Below, piece by piece: positions 37,367-46,924 of a stretch of DNA of 64,000 nucleotides. This stretch comes from Spirochaetaceae bacterium. Lineage in GTDB: Bacteria; Spirochaetota; Spirochaetia; DSM-27196; SLST01. Below the pieces are notes generated by a model. The model had not been told where the DNA came from. It searched no databases and saw only the letters and a program-made list of their open reading frames with translations. The stretch is from assembly GCA_007118855.1 (NCBI GenBank), contig SKQU01000026.1, forward strand, positions 4,505 to 68,504, in the 5' to 3' direction. Both the position numbers and the translations under genes were made by a program. Each line of letters begins with the position of its first letter. The first letter of the stretch is position 1.

Positions 37367-38151
37367 GCGGTTCAGCAGACAGGGCGGATCTCGATCGACG
37401 ACTGAACGAGTACGGCGTCGTCCCGGTCATCGTGCTCAGCGACCCGGCGCAGGCCGAACCGCTCGGCGAGGCGCTTCTTGCCGGAGGGCTGCCGGTTGCC
37501 GAGATTACCTTTCGCTCGGACGCGGCGCTCGAGGGAATCCGGACGATGGCGAAGACCTACCCGCAGATGCTGCTCGGTGCCGGGACGGTGCTCTCGGTCG
37601 ACCAGGCGAAAGCGGCGGCGGACGCGGGTGCGCGGTTCATCGTGACGCCCGGATTCAACACCGGCGTGGTCGACCACTGCATCGATGCGGGCCTGCCGGT
37701 CTATCCCGGTATCAGCGGGACCGGCGAGATAGAGCTGGCGATCAGCCGCGGGCTGGAGGTGGTGAAGTTCTTCCCCGCGGAGGCGCTCGGCGGGGTCGCG
37801 ATGCTCAAGGCGCTCTCCGGTCCCTATAGGAGCCTTCGCTTCATGCCGACCGGCGGGATCAGCCTTGCGAATCTCCACGACTACCTTTCGCTCCCGCAGG
37901 TGCTCGCCTGCGGCGGAAGCTGGCTCGTCTCGAGCGACGCGCTCGCGGCCGGCGACTACGCGAAGATCGTGAGTACGGTCCGCACGACGCTGCTCGAGAT
38001 CTACGGCTGCCTGGTCTCTGACGTCGGGGTCGAGGTGCGTACTCGCTACCCACGGCGCACAAAGGCCTATCTCGAGCGCGAGGAGGTGGGAACGAGGGAT
38101 ACCGACGCCGGTATCACCATTGCCGCCACGGACGTCGTGCTTCGCGGATGA
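37363..38151 (+). CDS. eda: KDPG / KHG aldolase with a ~45-aa C-terminal extension
   Basis: VVPVIV, AEITFRS, GAGTVL, FIVTPG, VKFFPAE and RFMPTGGI (Schiff-base Lys region). 262 aa versus the ~210 typical for the family. Confidence 0.85.
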   Translation: MSGSADRADLDRRLNEYGVVPVIVLSDPAQAEPLGEALLAGGLPVAEITFRSDAALEGIRTMAKTYPQMLLGAGTVLSVDQAKAAADAGARFIVTPGFNTGVVDHCIDAGLPVYPGISGTGEIELAISRGLEVVKFFPAEALGGVAMLKALSGPYRSLRFMPTGGISLANLHDYLSLPQVLACGGSWLVSSDALAAGDYAKIVSTVRTTLLEIYGCLVSDVGVEVRTRYPRRTKAYLEREEVGTRDTDAGITIAATDVVLRG

Positions 38152-39434
38152 CCTTTCCAGACTTCCATCACGAGGCCGACTACCTCTCGTTTCTCGAGGC
38201 CCGTTCGGCCCTCCCGGCCGGGTTTCGCGCCGCCGTCTCGCGGATCGCGTTCACGCCGCAGGAGCGCCCCACCCTCGAGCCGTACCGGATGAACCTCGCA
38301 CTCCTCTGCGCCGACGAGCCGGTTGAGAGCTTTGGCGGCGTATTCACGAGGAACGCCTTCCCGGGGGCGCCGGTGATTCTCGGTCGTGAGCGTCTCGCCG
38401 AGCCTGTGGTCCAGGGAGTGCTCGTCAACAACAAGATCGCCAATGTGCGGGCGGCGACCGGGCTCGAGGACGCGCGTCGCCTCACCGCGGCGCTCGGGGA
38501 ACGCCTCGGGCTGCCGGCCGAGCGTCTGTTCAGCGTGTCCACCGGTATCATCGGGTGGACGCTTCCGGTCGCCGAGATAGAAGGTGCGATCCCGTCGCTC
38601 TGCGACGGGCTGCACCGCGGGAGCGCGCTCGACGTGGCGCAGGCGATCATGACGACCGACGGCTTCCCCAAGGTCCGACGCGTAGAGATCGGCGGCGGCT
38701 CGATTCTGGGGATCGTCAAGGGCGCCGGGATGATCGAGCCGAACATGGCGACGATGCTTGCCTTCGTGCTGACCGACGTGGCGATTCGGCGGGAAGCGGC
38801 GCGCCGTGCCCTGGCGCAGGCCGTGCGGGAATCCTTCAACGCGATCACGGTCGACGGGGACATGAGCACGAGCGACATGGCGCTGCTCCTCTCCTCCGGA
38901 CGGGTCGCGGGCGTCGCGGAGGACGACTTCGTGCAGGCACTTGCCCGGCTTTGTGGACTTCTCGCGCAGGATGTGGTACGTAACGGGGAAGGCGCAGGGC
39001 ACGTGCTGCAGCTGACGGTTTCCGGCCTGCAGACCGACGAGCTTGCCCGGGGAGTCGCCAAGGCGGTGGCGAACAGCCCCCTGGTGAAGACCGCGGTCTA
39101 CGGGAACGATCCGAACGTTGGGAGGCTGCTGTCGGCCGTGGGGGACTATCTCGGGTCGGCCGGGCTGTCCGTTGATCCTCGGCTGATCACGATTCGCGTG
39201 GGTGAGGAAACCGTGTTCGCCGAAGGAGCCTTCAGGATAGACCGGGAGAAGGAAGTCCGGCTCTCCGACTACCTGAAGTCGGCGGCGATGAATCCGCGGG
39301 TGACCGGGTATCCGCAGCATCAGCGGAGCGTTGAGATCGCCATTGACTGCGGGATGGGCCGAGCGGACGCGAGAGTGTGGGGCTCCGACCTGTCGGACCA
39401 GTACGTGCACGAGAACGCGGATTACAGGACGTAG
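38148..39434 (+). CDS. argJ: Bifunctional ornithine acetyltransferase / N-acetylglutamate synthase
   Basis: 428 aa. GAGMIEPNMATMLAFVLTDV (autocleavage ATML site) and C-terminal ENADYRT. Confidence 0.9.
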   Translation: MTFPDFHHEADYLSFLEARSALPAGFRAAVSRIAFTPQERPTLEPYRMNLALLCADEPVESFGGVFTRNAFPGAPVILGRERLAEPVVQGVLVNNKIANVRAATGLEDARRLTAALGERLGLPAERLFSVSTGIIGWTLPVAEIEGAIPSLCDGLHRGSALDVAQAIMTTDGFPKVRRVEIGGGSILGIVKGAGMIEPNMATMLAFVLTDVAIRREAARRALAQAVRESFNAITVDGDMSTSDMALLLSSGRVAGVAEDDFVQALARLCGLLAQDVVRNGEGAGHVLQLTVSGLQTDELARGVAKAVANSPLVKTAVYGNDPNVGRLLSAVGDYLGSAGLSVDPRLITIRVGEETVFAEGAFRIDREKEVRLSDYLKSAAMNPRVTGYPQHQRSVEIAIDCGMGRADARVWGSDLSDQYVHENADYRT

Positions 39435-39442
39435 GACGAATC

Positions 39443-40447
39443 ATGAACAAAGGTACAACGACGACCTCGGCGGCCGGCCCGGAGTTCGCGGCAGAGGTGT
39501 CGCGCGCGCGCGACCTGATCGAGCGGTGCCGCCAGGAGATCGCGCGGGCGATCATCGGTCAGACCGGCATGGTCGACGGCATGCTCATGGGCATTCTCAC
39601 CGGAGGACACGTCCTGCTCGAGGGAGTGCCCGGGCTCGCGAAGACGCTCGCCATCACGAGTCTGGCGCGGGTGATGGACGCGAGCTTCAAACGAATCCAG
39701 TTCACGCCGGATCTGCTGCCGGCCGACCTGATCGGGACGATGGTGTATCGCCAGCAGACCGGCGAGTTCATGGCTCGCAAGGGGCCCATCTTCTCCAACA
39801 TCATCCTGGCCGACGAGGTGAACCGCGCACCGGCGAAGGTTCAGTCGGCAATGCTCGAGTCGATGCAGGAGCGGCAGGTCACGATCGGAGAGACGACCTT
39901 TCCGCTGCCCGCGCCGTTCTTCGTGCTCGCGACCCAGAACCCCATCGAGCAGGAAGGAACCTACCCGCTTCCGGAAGCACAGCTCGACCGGTTCATCATG
40001 AAACTCGCGGTTACCTACCCCTCTCCGGAGGAGGAGCTGCAGATCCTCAAGCGGGTGGGGGTGGAGCACGATCCCAGGCTCAAGACGATCCTGTTCGCTT
40101 CGGACGTCAAGCGGCTCCAGGAGACCGCGTCGAAGATCCAGGTCGACGACCGGATCCAGGAATACATCGTCGCCCTGGTGATGAGCTCACGCAAGCAGAA
40201 CGAGTCACGTTCGTTCCACCGGTACGTGGAGTTTGGAGCGTCGCCCCGCGCAACCATCTTCCTGTACCGCTGTGCCAAGGTCCGTGCGCTGTTCGACGGA
40301 CGACCGCACGTACTGCCCGACGATGTGAAGGCAGTGGCCCCCTCGGTGCTGCGCCACCGTATCGTGCCGTCGTACGAGGCGGAAGCCGAGCAGCTTACCT
40401 CCGATGACCTGGTCGGTCTGCTCCTGTCGACGGTGCCCGTTCCCTGA
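39443..40447 (+). CDS. moxR: MoxR-family AAA+ ATPase
   Basis: 334 aa from ATG 39443. Walker A region GHVLLEGVPGLAKT, RIQFTPDLLPADLIGT, and Walker B ILADEVNRA. Confidence 0.9.
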   Translation: MNKGTTTTSAAGPEFAAEVSRARDLIERCRQEIARAIIGQTGMVDGMLMGILTGGHVLLEGVPGLAKTLAITSLARVMDASFKRIQFTPDLLPADLIGTMVYRQQTGEFMARKGPIFSNIILADEVNRAPAKVQSAMLESMQERQVTIGETTFPLPAPFFVLATQNPIEQEGTYPLPEAQLDRFIMKLAVTYPSPEEELQILKRVGVEHDPRLKTILFASDVKRLQETASKIQVDDRIQEYIVALVMSSRKQNESRSFHRYVEFGASPRATIFLYRCAKVRALFDGRPHVLPDDVKAVAPSVLRHRIVPSYEAEAEQLTSDDLVGLLLSTVPVP

Positions 40448-40452
40448 GAAAT

Positions 40453-41325
40453 ATGGATAGATCCCGGCTCCTGGCCAGCGTAAAACGCATCCAGCTCGTA
40501 GCCAGCCGACTGGTGGAGAACCTGCTCGCCGGTGATTACCGCAGTGTCTTTCGCGGCCCGGGGATGGAGTTCGACGAAGTGCGCGAGTACGTGGAGGGCG
40601 ACGACGCTCGCCTGATCGACTGGAACGTCAGCTCGCGCATGGACGCGCCGTACACCAAGACCTTCCGCGAGGAGCGGGAGCTGACCCTCGCCCTGGTTGT
40701 CGATGTCTCGGCGAGCCTCTTCTCCGGACCGTCGCACAGGACGAGGCGTGAGGTCGTCGTGGAGCTCTTCGCCCTGCTCAGTCTTGCCGCGATCGTCAAC
40801 AATGATCGTGTGGGAGCGGTTCTCTTCTCCGACCGGATCGAGAGCTGGGTCGCCCCGCGCAAGGGGAAGCGGCACGCGCTACGCCTCATCACAGACCTGG
40901 TGGGGGTGGAGCCGCGGGGGGTCGGCTCGGATCTCGCACTGGCGCTCCGGACGACCGGCGAAGCGCTCAAACGGCGAGGCGTCGTGGTCGTGCTCTCCGA
41001 CTTCAAGACGAGCGGATACCTGGCGGACCTGACGCTGATGGGGCGCCGGCATGACGTCATTGCGATACGCGTGACCGATCCGGTCGACCGGGCGTTCCCC
41101 GTCACCGGGCTCATCCGTCTCGACGATCCCGAGACGAGGCGAACAGTCGCCGCGGCCGGCTACTCGGCGCGGTTTCGCGCCTCCTACGAGGCGTACCGGG
41201 AACAGCAGCGGAAGACCTGGCTTGCCGAGTGCCGCAAGCGCAATATCGGCACGCTCGACGTTTCGACTGATCAGGATCCGGCCGCTCAGCTGATCCGGTA
41301 CTTCGAGCACAGGAAGGCGCAATGA
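40453..41325 (+). CDS. DUF58-family protein (vWA-like, MoxR partner)
   Basis: 290 aa. FRGPGMEFDEVREYVEGDDARLIDWNVSSR and VVDVSASL. Confidence 0.85.
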   Translation: MDRSRLLASVKRIQLVASRLVENLLAGDYRSVFRGPGMEFDEVREYVEGDDARLIDWNVSSRMDAPYTKTFREERELTLALVVDVSASLFSGPSHRTRREVVVELFALLSLAAIVNNDRVGAVLFSDRIESWVAPRKGKRHALRLITDLVGVEPRGVGSDLALALRTTGEALKRRGVVVVLSDFKTSGYLADLTLMGRRHDVIAIRVTDPVDRAFPVTGLIRLDDPETRRTVAAAGYSARFRASYEAYREQQRKTWLAECRKRNIGTLDVSTDQDPAAQLIRYFEHRKAQ

Positions 41326-42263
41326 GCACGGTTGCCCGGCGCGTGCTTTTGGTGGCCATGCTCGCCCTGGCATGGACGTCATCGGTCGCCCTGGCCCAGT
41401 CACTCACGATCGTCGAGTCGGTCCGGCTGCCGGCCGAATCCTTCGTCGCGGACGCCGTCGAGCTGCGCTACAGGGTGCGGTCTGCCGTTGAGCTCGAGAC
41501 GCCTCTACGGGTGCCGGAACCCGCCTGGGGGGATATCACGTCGGTTCGCGTTGTCGAGCGCGGGGACGAGTACGACGTGCGGCTGGTGGTTCTGCCGTAT
41601 GAGCCGGGCACGCTGACCATCCCTCCCATCGATCTCGGGGGCGCGGTGCTCGACGGGTTGAGCTTCGTCGTCTCGAGCGTCGCCGAGGATCGCGTCGAGA
41701 TACGCGGCATCCGCGGTCCCCAACGATTGCCGGGCACCCGTCTCGTGGTGCTCGCGGCGGTCCTCGTGGTGGCCCTGCCGCTGCTCGCGGCTCTCTACTT
41801 CGCGGGCCCGGGCAGAGCGGCCGTGCGCCGCATCCTCGCCCGACGACAGGCTCGCGTCCCGTACAGGAGGCTGTTGCGCACGATCGATCAGCTCGAGAAG
41901 AACGTTCGCTATGATACGGCGCGGCACTTCTACACGGAGCTCGTGGGTGCGGTTCAGGACCTCATGACGGGCCGTCTCGGGTTCGACTGCCGGTCCGCGA
42001 CTTCCACAGAGCTGACCTCCTACCTGCCTGCCCTTGCCGCCCAGTGCGGAGCCGAAGCCCGGGCGGCCGGCCCGCTCGCAAAGATCTTCGAAGCGGCCGA
42101 CAACGCCAAGTTTGCCGGTGCCCAGATCCGGCGGAAGACCCGGCTCGAGCAGCTGCAGCTGTGCCGGGAGCTGATGGTCGAGCTCGAAAGCCTTCGCAGG
42201 CGCAGACTGAGAGCGCGCCGAAGCTCGTCCGGATCGCCGGAGGTCGCCGATGCTGGTGTTTGA
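41322..42263 (+). CDS. Bat-locus membrane protein (signal peptide, beta-rich ectodomain, one TM, cytoplasmic tail)
   Basis: 313 aa. ATGA overlap with DUF58. Signal-like LLVAMLALAWTSSVALA and TM LVVLAAVLVVALPLLAALYFAG. Confidence 0.6.
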   Translation: MSTVARRVLLVAMLALAWTSSVALAQSLTIVESVRLPAESFVADAVELRYRVRSAVELETPLRVPEPAWGDITSVRVVERGDEYDVRLVVLPYEPGTLTIPPIDLGGAVLDGLSFVVSSVAEDRVEIRGIRGPQRLPGTRLVVLAAVLVVALPLLAALYFAGPGRAAVRRILARRQARVPYRRLLRTIDQLEKNVRYDTARHFYTELVGAVQDLMTGRLGFDCRSATSTELTSYLPALAAQCGAEARAAGPLAKIFEAADNAKFAGAQIRRKTRLEQLQLCRELMVELESLRRRRLRARRSSSGSPEVADAGV

Positions 42264-43251
42264 GCGACCCGCCCTCCTCCTTCTGCTGCTCGCGGTCCCG
42301 GGGCTCGTCTACCTGAGGCACTTCTGGCGGGGCAGGGGCGGCACTTTCTCCTTTCCCTTCGGGGTCTGGGGCGGCAAGGGGTTCGTCCCGCCGACCACTG
42401 CCGCCTCCGTATTCGTCGCCGTTGCGGCAGCCTCCTTCTGGGTGGGACTGATCGTGCTTCTCGTGGCCTTCGCCGGGCCGCAGCGCGTCACCCGCGAGCG
42501 CAGCTTTCTCACGCGCGGCGTGGATATCGTGTTCGTGCTCGACCAGTCCCCGACGATGGCGGCGCGGGACTTCCTGCCCGGGAACCGGTTTGAGGCAGCG
42601 CGTGGTGTGATCCGCAGATTCGTTTCGCTTCGCGAGAATGATCCTGTGGGTATCGTCGGGTTCGGACTCGAGGCCTCGCTGCGCGTACCGCCCACGATCG
42701 ACTACGAGCACTTCCTTGCGGTGCTCGACACGATGGAGGTCTTCGAGATGGGCGACGGGACGGCGATCGGGATGGGCATCGCAACCGCCGCGCTTCATCT
42801 CGAACGGTCGAATGCGCCGCGCAGGGCGATCATTCTGCTGACCGACGGCGTCAACAATGCCGGCGAGATCCAGCCGGAGACGGCGGCTCGCGCCGTCCGG
42901 TCGCTCGGCATCAACCTCTACATCATCGGGATCGGGAGTGACGGTGAAGTGGAGATTGAAATCCGTGATCCGGAGACAGGTCGGCTGCTGCGGGGGACGA
43001 TTCGCGAGAGTTACGACCAGGAGGCGATGCTCGAGATCGCCGATATCGCCGGCGGGCGTTTCTTCTACGCCGGCTCGAGCGGGGCACTGCAGGCGGCGTT
43101 CGACGCGATCGACACGATCGAGCGCGTCGAGCAACGTTCGCTTCTGCGTGTTGTCCGGCAGCCGCTCGACCAGCTGCTGATCTTCTGGGGCGTCGGCCTG
43201 ATCGGGATCGACTTCCTGATCCGGCGGCTCTTCGTCCGCGAGGTCGTATGA
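42250..43251 (+). CDS. batA: vWA-domain membrane protein BatA
   Basis: 333 aa. N-terminal TM pair and MIDAS-type DIVFVLDQSPTM ... LLTDGVNNAG. Confidence 0.85.
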   Translation: MLVFERPALLLLLLAVPGLVYLRHFWRGRGGTFSFPFGVWGGKGFVPPTTAASVFVAVAAASFWVGLIVLLVAFAGPQRVTRERSFLTRGVDIVFVLDQSPTMAARDFLPGNRFEAARGVIRRFVSLRENDPVGIVGFGLEASLRVPPTIDYEHFLAVLDTMEVFEMGDGTAIGMGIATAALHLERSNAPRRAIILLTDGVNNAGEIQPETAARAVRSLGINLYIIGIGSDGEVEIEIRDPETGRLLRGTIRESYDQEAMLEIADIAGGRFFYAGSSGALQAAFDAIDTIERVEQRSLLRVVRQPLDQLLIFWGVGLIGIDFLIRRLFVREVV

Positions 43252-43263
43252 CGGGGAGGGGTT

Positions 43264-44253
43264 GTGACGGTTGAGAGCCCCCGGGTGCTCATGGGATTCC
43301 TCATCCTTGTGCCGGTTATCGCCCTTCAGGTGCGCGCCTTTCTCAAGGGGCGTTCGGAGATCGCGCTGCTCGGGGCGATCTGGTCACACGACACGACCGT
43401 CCGGCTCTATACGGTGAAGTGGTTCTTCTCTTCCTTCGTGTTTGACGTGTTTCTGGTCTTTGCCGTGCTTGCCGCGGCAGACGTCACCTGGGGCGAGCGT
43501 CCCGTGGAGGAGGACCGTTCGGGGCTCGACGTGGTGATCGCTCTCGACGTCTCGCACAGTATGCTCGCGAGAGACATCGAGCCGTCGCGCCTTGAGCGGG
43601 CCGTGGGCGTGGTGCGGGCGATGACGAGGCAACTGCCGGCGGCGAGAACCGCGCTCGTCGCGTTCAAGGGGGCCGCGGTGACCGTCACCCCGTTGACCGA
43701 GGACGGCAATTCGTTGGAGGTTGTGCTCGACGGGGTGGGTCCCGGTCTGGTCTCCGCCCCCGGTACGAACATTGAGCAAGGCCTCTCAGAGGCCCTGCGA
43801 ACGCTTCCTGAGGCGAGTTTCGCTCACCGCGCGATCGTGCTGCTGAGCGACGGCGAAGCGCTTGGCGGGGACGTGGACGGGCCGATCGCGGAACTGCGCC
43901 GACGCGGGATTCCGGTCATGACCGTCATGACCGGGACGACCGCCGGCTCCACGATACCTACCTCAGACGGAACGCCGGTCCTCGACCGTGACGGCCGGCC
44001 GGCGATCAGCCGGGCGGATCCGCTGACGCTCGAGAGGATCGCGACGAGGACCGGCGGAGCGTTCTTCGACGTGGCCTCGCCGGATCTCGTGGCGGAGCTC
44101 AGCGGCTCGCTTTCGCGTTTCGCCGTGATACGCGGGCGTGAAGGATTCCGTCTGGTACCCAGACGGCGGTACCGGCTGTTTCTGGGAGTAGCGATCGTGG
44201 CGCTCCTGGCATCGTCGGCGGTGAGGGTGGTGAGATGGCGCGGAATAGTGTGA
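43264..44253 (+). CDS. batB: vWA-domain membrane protein BatB
   Basis: 329 aa. GTG start after GGGGAGGGG. DVVIALDVSHSM ... LLSDGEALGG. C-terminal TM. Confidence 0.85.
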   Translation: MTVESPRVLMGFLILVPVIALQVRAFLKGRSEIALLGAIWSHDTTVRLYTVKWFFSSFVFDVFLVFAVLAAADVTWGERPVEEDRSGLDVVIALDVSHSMLARDIEPSRLERAVGVVRAMTRQLPAARTALVAFKGAAVTVTPLTEDGNSLEVVLDGVGPGLVSAPGTNIEQGLSEALRTLPEASFAHRAIVLLSDGEALGGDVDGPIAELRRRGIPVMTVMTGTTAGSTIPTSDGTPVLDRDGRPAISRADPLTLERIATRTGGAFFDVASPDLVAELSGSLSRFAVIRGREGFRLVPRRRYRLFLGVAIVALLASSAVRVVRWRGIV

Positions 44254-44879
44254 GGCTGGGCGTCTTGAGCGGATTGATGAGCGGCGTGCTGGTTCTGGTG
44301 CTCGGCTGCTCCTCTGCCGGACCGGTTCTGGCCGTGATCCGTGGAAACATGGCGTACGGCAGGGGCGACTATCAGGCCGCGCTCCTGCGCTACCTGAGCG
44401 CTGACGACGAGGCGTATCAGGGGTGGCTGCTGTACAATGCCGGCAACGTCTATTTCGCGCTCGGTGAGCAGGATGCTGCCCTCGAGGCATGGGATCAGGC
44501 GCGGAAGGCGGTGATCGAAGGCAATGCCGTGAGTCGGGCGGCGGCCGCGACACTGGTCCATGCGGCGAGCTACAATCGAGGAGTGCTGTTCTACCAGCGA
44601 GGCGAGTACCGGGCCGCATACGACGAGTTTCGCTACGCGCTCACGGTGGAGTCGGGCAATGTCGCCGCGAAGGAGAACCTTGAGCTCTCGCTGCACAAGA
44701 CCCGTGCAGCCGAGCAGGGGTCGCAGATCGGTTCAGGCGTCGATCCGGTATCCGGGCAGACCGACGACGACCGGGGACCGACGACCATGCGGATACTCGA
44801 GTACGTTCGTCGGAAGGAAGCACAGCGATGGTACGCAAGCCGCGAAATCGACGCCATCACCGATCCGCGCGACTGGTAG
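44235..44879 (+). CDS. batC: TPR-repeat protein (BatC-like)
   Basis: 214 aa. N-terminal hydrophobic segment and TPR-like repeats (YGRGDYQAALLRY, NAGNVYFALGEQDAAL, YQRGEYRAAYDEF). Confidence 0.65.
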   Translation: MARNSVRLGVLSGLMSGVLVLVLGCSSAGPVLAVIRGNMAYGRGDYQAALLRYLSADDEAYQGWLLYNAGNVYFALGEQDAALEAWDQARKAVIEGNAVSRAAAATLVHAASYNRGVLFYQRGEYRAAYDEFRYALTVESGNVAAKENLELSLHKTRAAEQGSQIGSGVDPVSGQTDDDRGPTTMRILEYVRRKEAQRWYASREIDAITDPRDW

Positions 44880-46894
44880 TCTGCCTGCTGGGCATCTGCG
44901 TCGGCGCGCACCCACAGGTGACGCATGCCCAGGTGACGCACGGCCGGGTGACGACGGAGCTCTCCGAGCAGTCGCTCGCCGTGGGTGAACGCGTCACCCT
45001 GCTCCTCACGGTCGACTACGAGGAACCGGCCGATGTCGATGTCCCGGAGCTGACAGTTCCCGGGCTGCGGGTCGTGGACGGCCCCACGATACGCCCCGTC
45101 TCGCTCTTGACTGACACGGGGCGCGAGCGCGCGGTGGAGATCCGGTACGTGCTCGAAGCCGCGACCGCCGGTCGGTTCGTGCTTCCGGCAACGGAGGTGC
45201 GGGTCGCCGGTCAGCTTTTCCTGACTGAGGAGCGTCTGATCGCGATCGGCGAGCGGCAGAATCGCAACCGGGTGCCGTTTCTCGCCCGGTGGACCGGCCC
45301 ATCCGGAGCGCCGTCTGCCGGTGAGGCCCGCGTCTACGCGGTGGAGATCTACAACGTGCCGGACTACCTCTACCCCTCCTCGGTCTCGGTCGGATCACCG
45401 CAAAACGCGATCGTGGAGGAGGTTCCGGGTCTCGGCTCGATCGCCCGGTATACCGTGGACGGAGTCACCCTCCACTCCATTCCCGTGGCGGTGTTCATGG
45501 TGACACCGTCTGAGCCGGGCACCATGAGACTGCCGGAGGTCGAGATCATCGCCGAGTCGCTCCGTGCGGTGGCACCGGCCACGACCATCAACGTCCGGGC
45601 GCTGCCCGAATCAGTCCGGCCGAGCGGCGCTGTCGGCGAGCTCGACTACGCGGTCCAGCTTGATCCCACCACGCTCCTGCGATCCGAGAGCGCTGTCCTC
45701 CGTATACGGGTCTCCGGCCGCGGCAATCTGCACTTCCTGGCCATCCCTGAGCCGCAGATCACCGGGTTTCTCGTGGAGCACGAGGAGACCCGCGGCTCGT
45801 TCATTCCCACCGAAGGCGGGTACGAGGGCTTTGTCGAGCTGGTGATGCGCCTTCGTCCGACCTCTGCTGATCGTCATGGAGTGGAACCGGCGGATCTTGT
45901 CTTCTACGACCCCTCGCGCGCACAGGTTCACCGGCTGGGCGCCGCGCCCATCGGCGTGACGGTGCAGGACATCAACGTGCCCGTTGATGACTCGGGAGCG
46001 GAGGTTGCACTCGAGCTGCTCGGACGTGAAGAGATCGCGTCCATGGAGCGGCGCATCTGGTACCGTGACCCCCTGGCGTACGGTTGGTTTGCGCCCGGGA
46101 TCCTCGCCTTCGTGGCCGGCCGGATCTGGAAGCGTCGGCACCCCGTTCTGCTCGTCCTCGCGGCCCTGGGGTCACTGTTTCTCACCAATGCGGTGTCGGA
46201 CCGGTTGCCGTGGTCGGACATCGACCGCGGCCTGCGCCGGTATGCGGAGGGTGACCTCCCGGCAGCGATTGCGGCTTTTGAGCGCTGCTCGCGGGCAGTG
46301 CCCGACTCCCCCGGCATCAACTACAACCTCGCGGTGCTCTACTTCCAGGTGGGCGATGTGCCGCGTTCGGTGTACGCCGCGCGGGAGGCGATTCGCCTCA
46401 ACCCCCTCGCCGATCACCCCCGTCAGCTGCTCCGCACGGTTGAGCAGTGGGCCGGCATAGAGCGGACGGTCGCCCCGCCTCACCACGTGCATCCTGACCT
46501 CATGTTTCTCGTTCTTGCGATCCTCGTGAACCTTCTCTTCGTGGGGGCTGCCTTCGAGCGTACCCGGCGCCGGGCAAGGACCGTCATCGTCGGCATATTC
46601 GTGGTGTTCCTCATTGGAGGCGCGGTCGCGGGTCTCGTTGCGACTGCCATCGGACACGAGCAACAGGTCGGCGTCGTGCGGGAAGACGTCACCCTGCGGC
46701 GGATCCCCGGTTCCGACGCGGCCGGGTGGCTGCCGGTCAGCAGCGGCGCCGCCGTCAACGTCCTCGCTCGCCATGGAAACTCACTGCTCGTACAGACCGT
46801 CCTGGGGCTCGAAGGATGGGTCGATCTCGACGAGATTCTGTGGCACGGTGTGCCGGCCTTCTCAGTGCTGCGGTACCGGGGGTTCGCCCTGTAA
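44828..46894 (+). CDS. batD: BatD-like protein fused to a TPR plus SH3-like (BatE-like) C-terminus
   Basis: 688 aa. Signal-like N-terminus and a long beta-rich region. TM helices, one TPR unit (AIAAFERCSRAVPDSPGINYNLAVLYFQVGD), and a C-terminal SH3-like strand pattern (VTLRRIPGSDAAGWLPVSSGAAVNVL..GWVDLDEI). Confidence 0.6.
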   Translation: MVRKPRNRRHHRSARLVVCLLGICVGAHPQVTHAQVTHGRVTTELSEQSLAVGERVTLLLTVDYEEPADVDVPELTVPGLRVVDGPTIRPVSLLTDTGRERAVEIRYVLEAATAGRFVLPATEVRVAGQLFLTEERLIAIGERQNRNRVPFLARWTGPSGAPSAGEARVYAVEIYNVPDYLYPSSVSVGSPQNAIVEEVPGLGSIARYTVDGVTLHSIPVAVFMVTPSEPGTMRLPEVEIIAESLRAVAPATTINVRALPESVRPSGAVGELDYAVQLDPTTLLRSESAVLRIRVSGRGNLHFLAIPEPQITGFLVEHEETRGSFIPTEGGYEGFVELVMRLRPTSADRHGVEPADLVFYDPSRAQVHRLGAAPIGVTVQDINVPVDDSGAEVALELLGREEIASMERRIWYRDPLAYGWFAPGILAFVAGRIWKRRHPVLLVLAALGSLFLTNAVSDRLPWSDIDRGLRRYAEGDLPAAIAAFERCSRAVPDSPGINYNLAVLYFQVGDVPRSVYAAREAIRLNPLADHPRQLLRTVEQWAGIERTVAPPHHVHPDLMFLVLAILVNLLFVGAAFERTRRRARTVIVGIFVVFLIGGAVAGLVATAIGHEQQVGVVREDVTLRRIPGSDAAGWLPVSSGAAVNVLARHGNSLLVQTVLGLEGWVDLDEILWHGVPAFSVLRYRGFAL

Positions 46895-46924
46895 CGATCG
46901 CCGGGGCAGGGTGTTTTGGAGTAT

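Noticed and set aside
33226-39410. Series of long minus-strand ORFs (33226-34107, 34101-35072, 35033-37084, 38067-39410) opposite the GH88 to argJ operon
   Set aside because: Each lies opposite a plus-strand gene with clear family motifs (GH88, TIM barrel, Gfo/Idh/MocA, PfkB, ArgJ). All are R/P/V/H-rich shadows.
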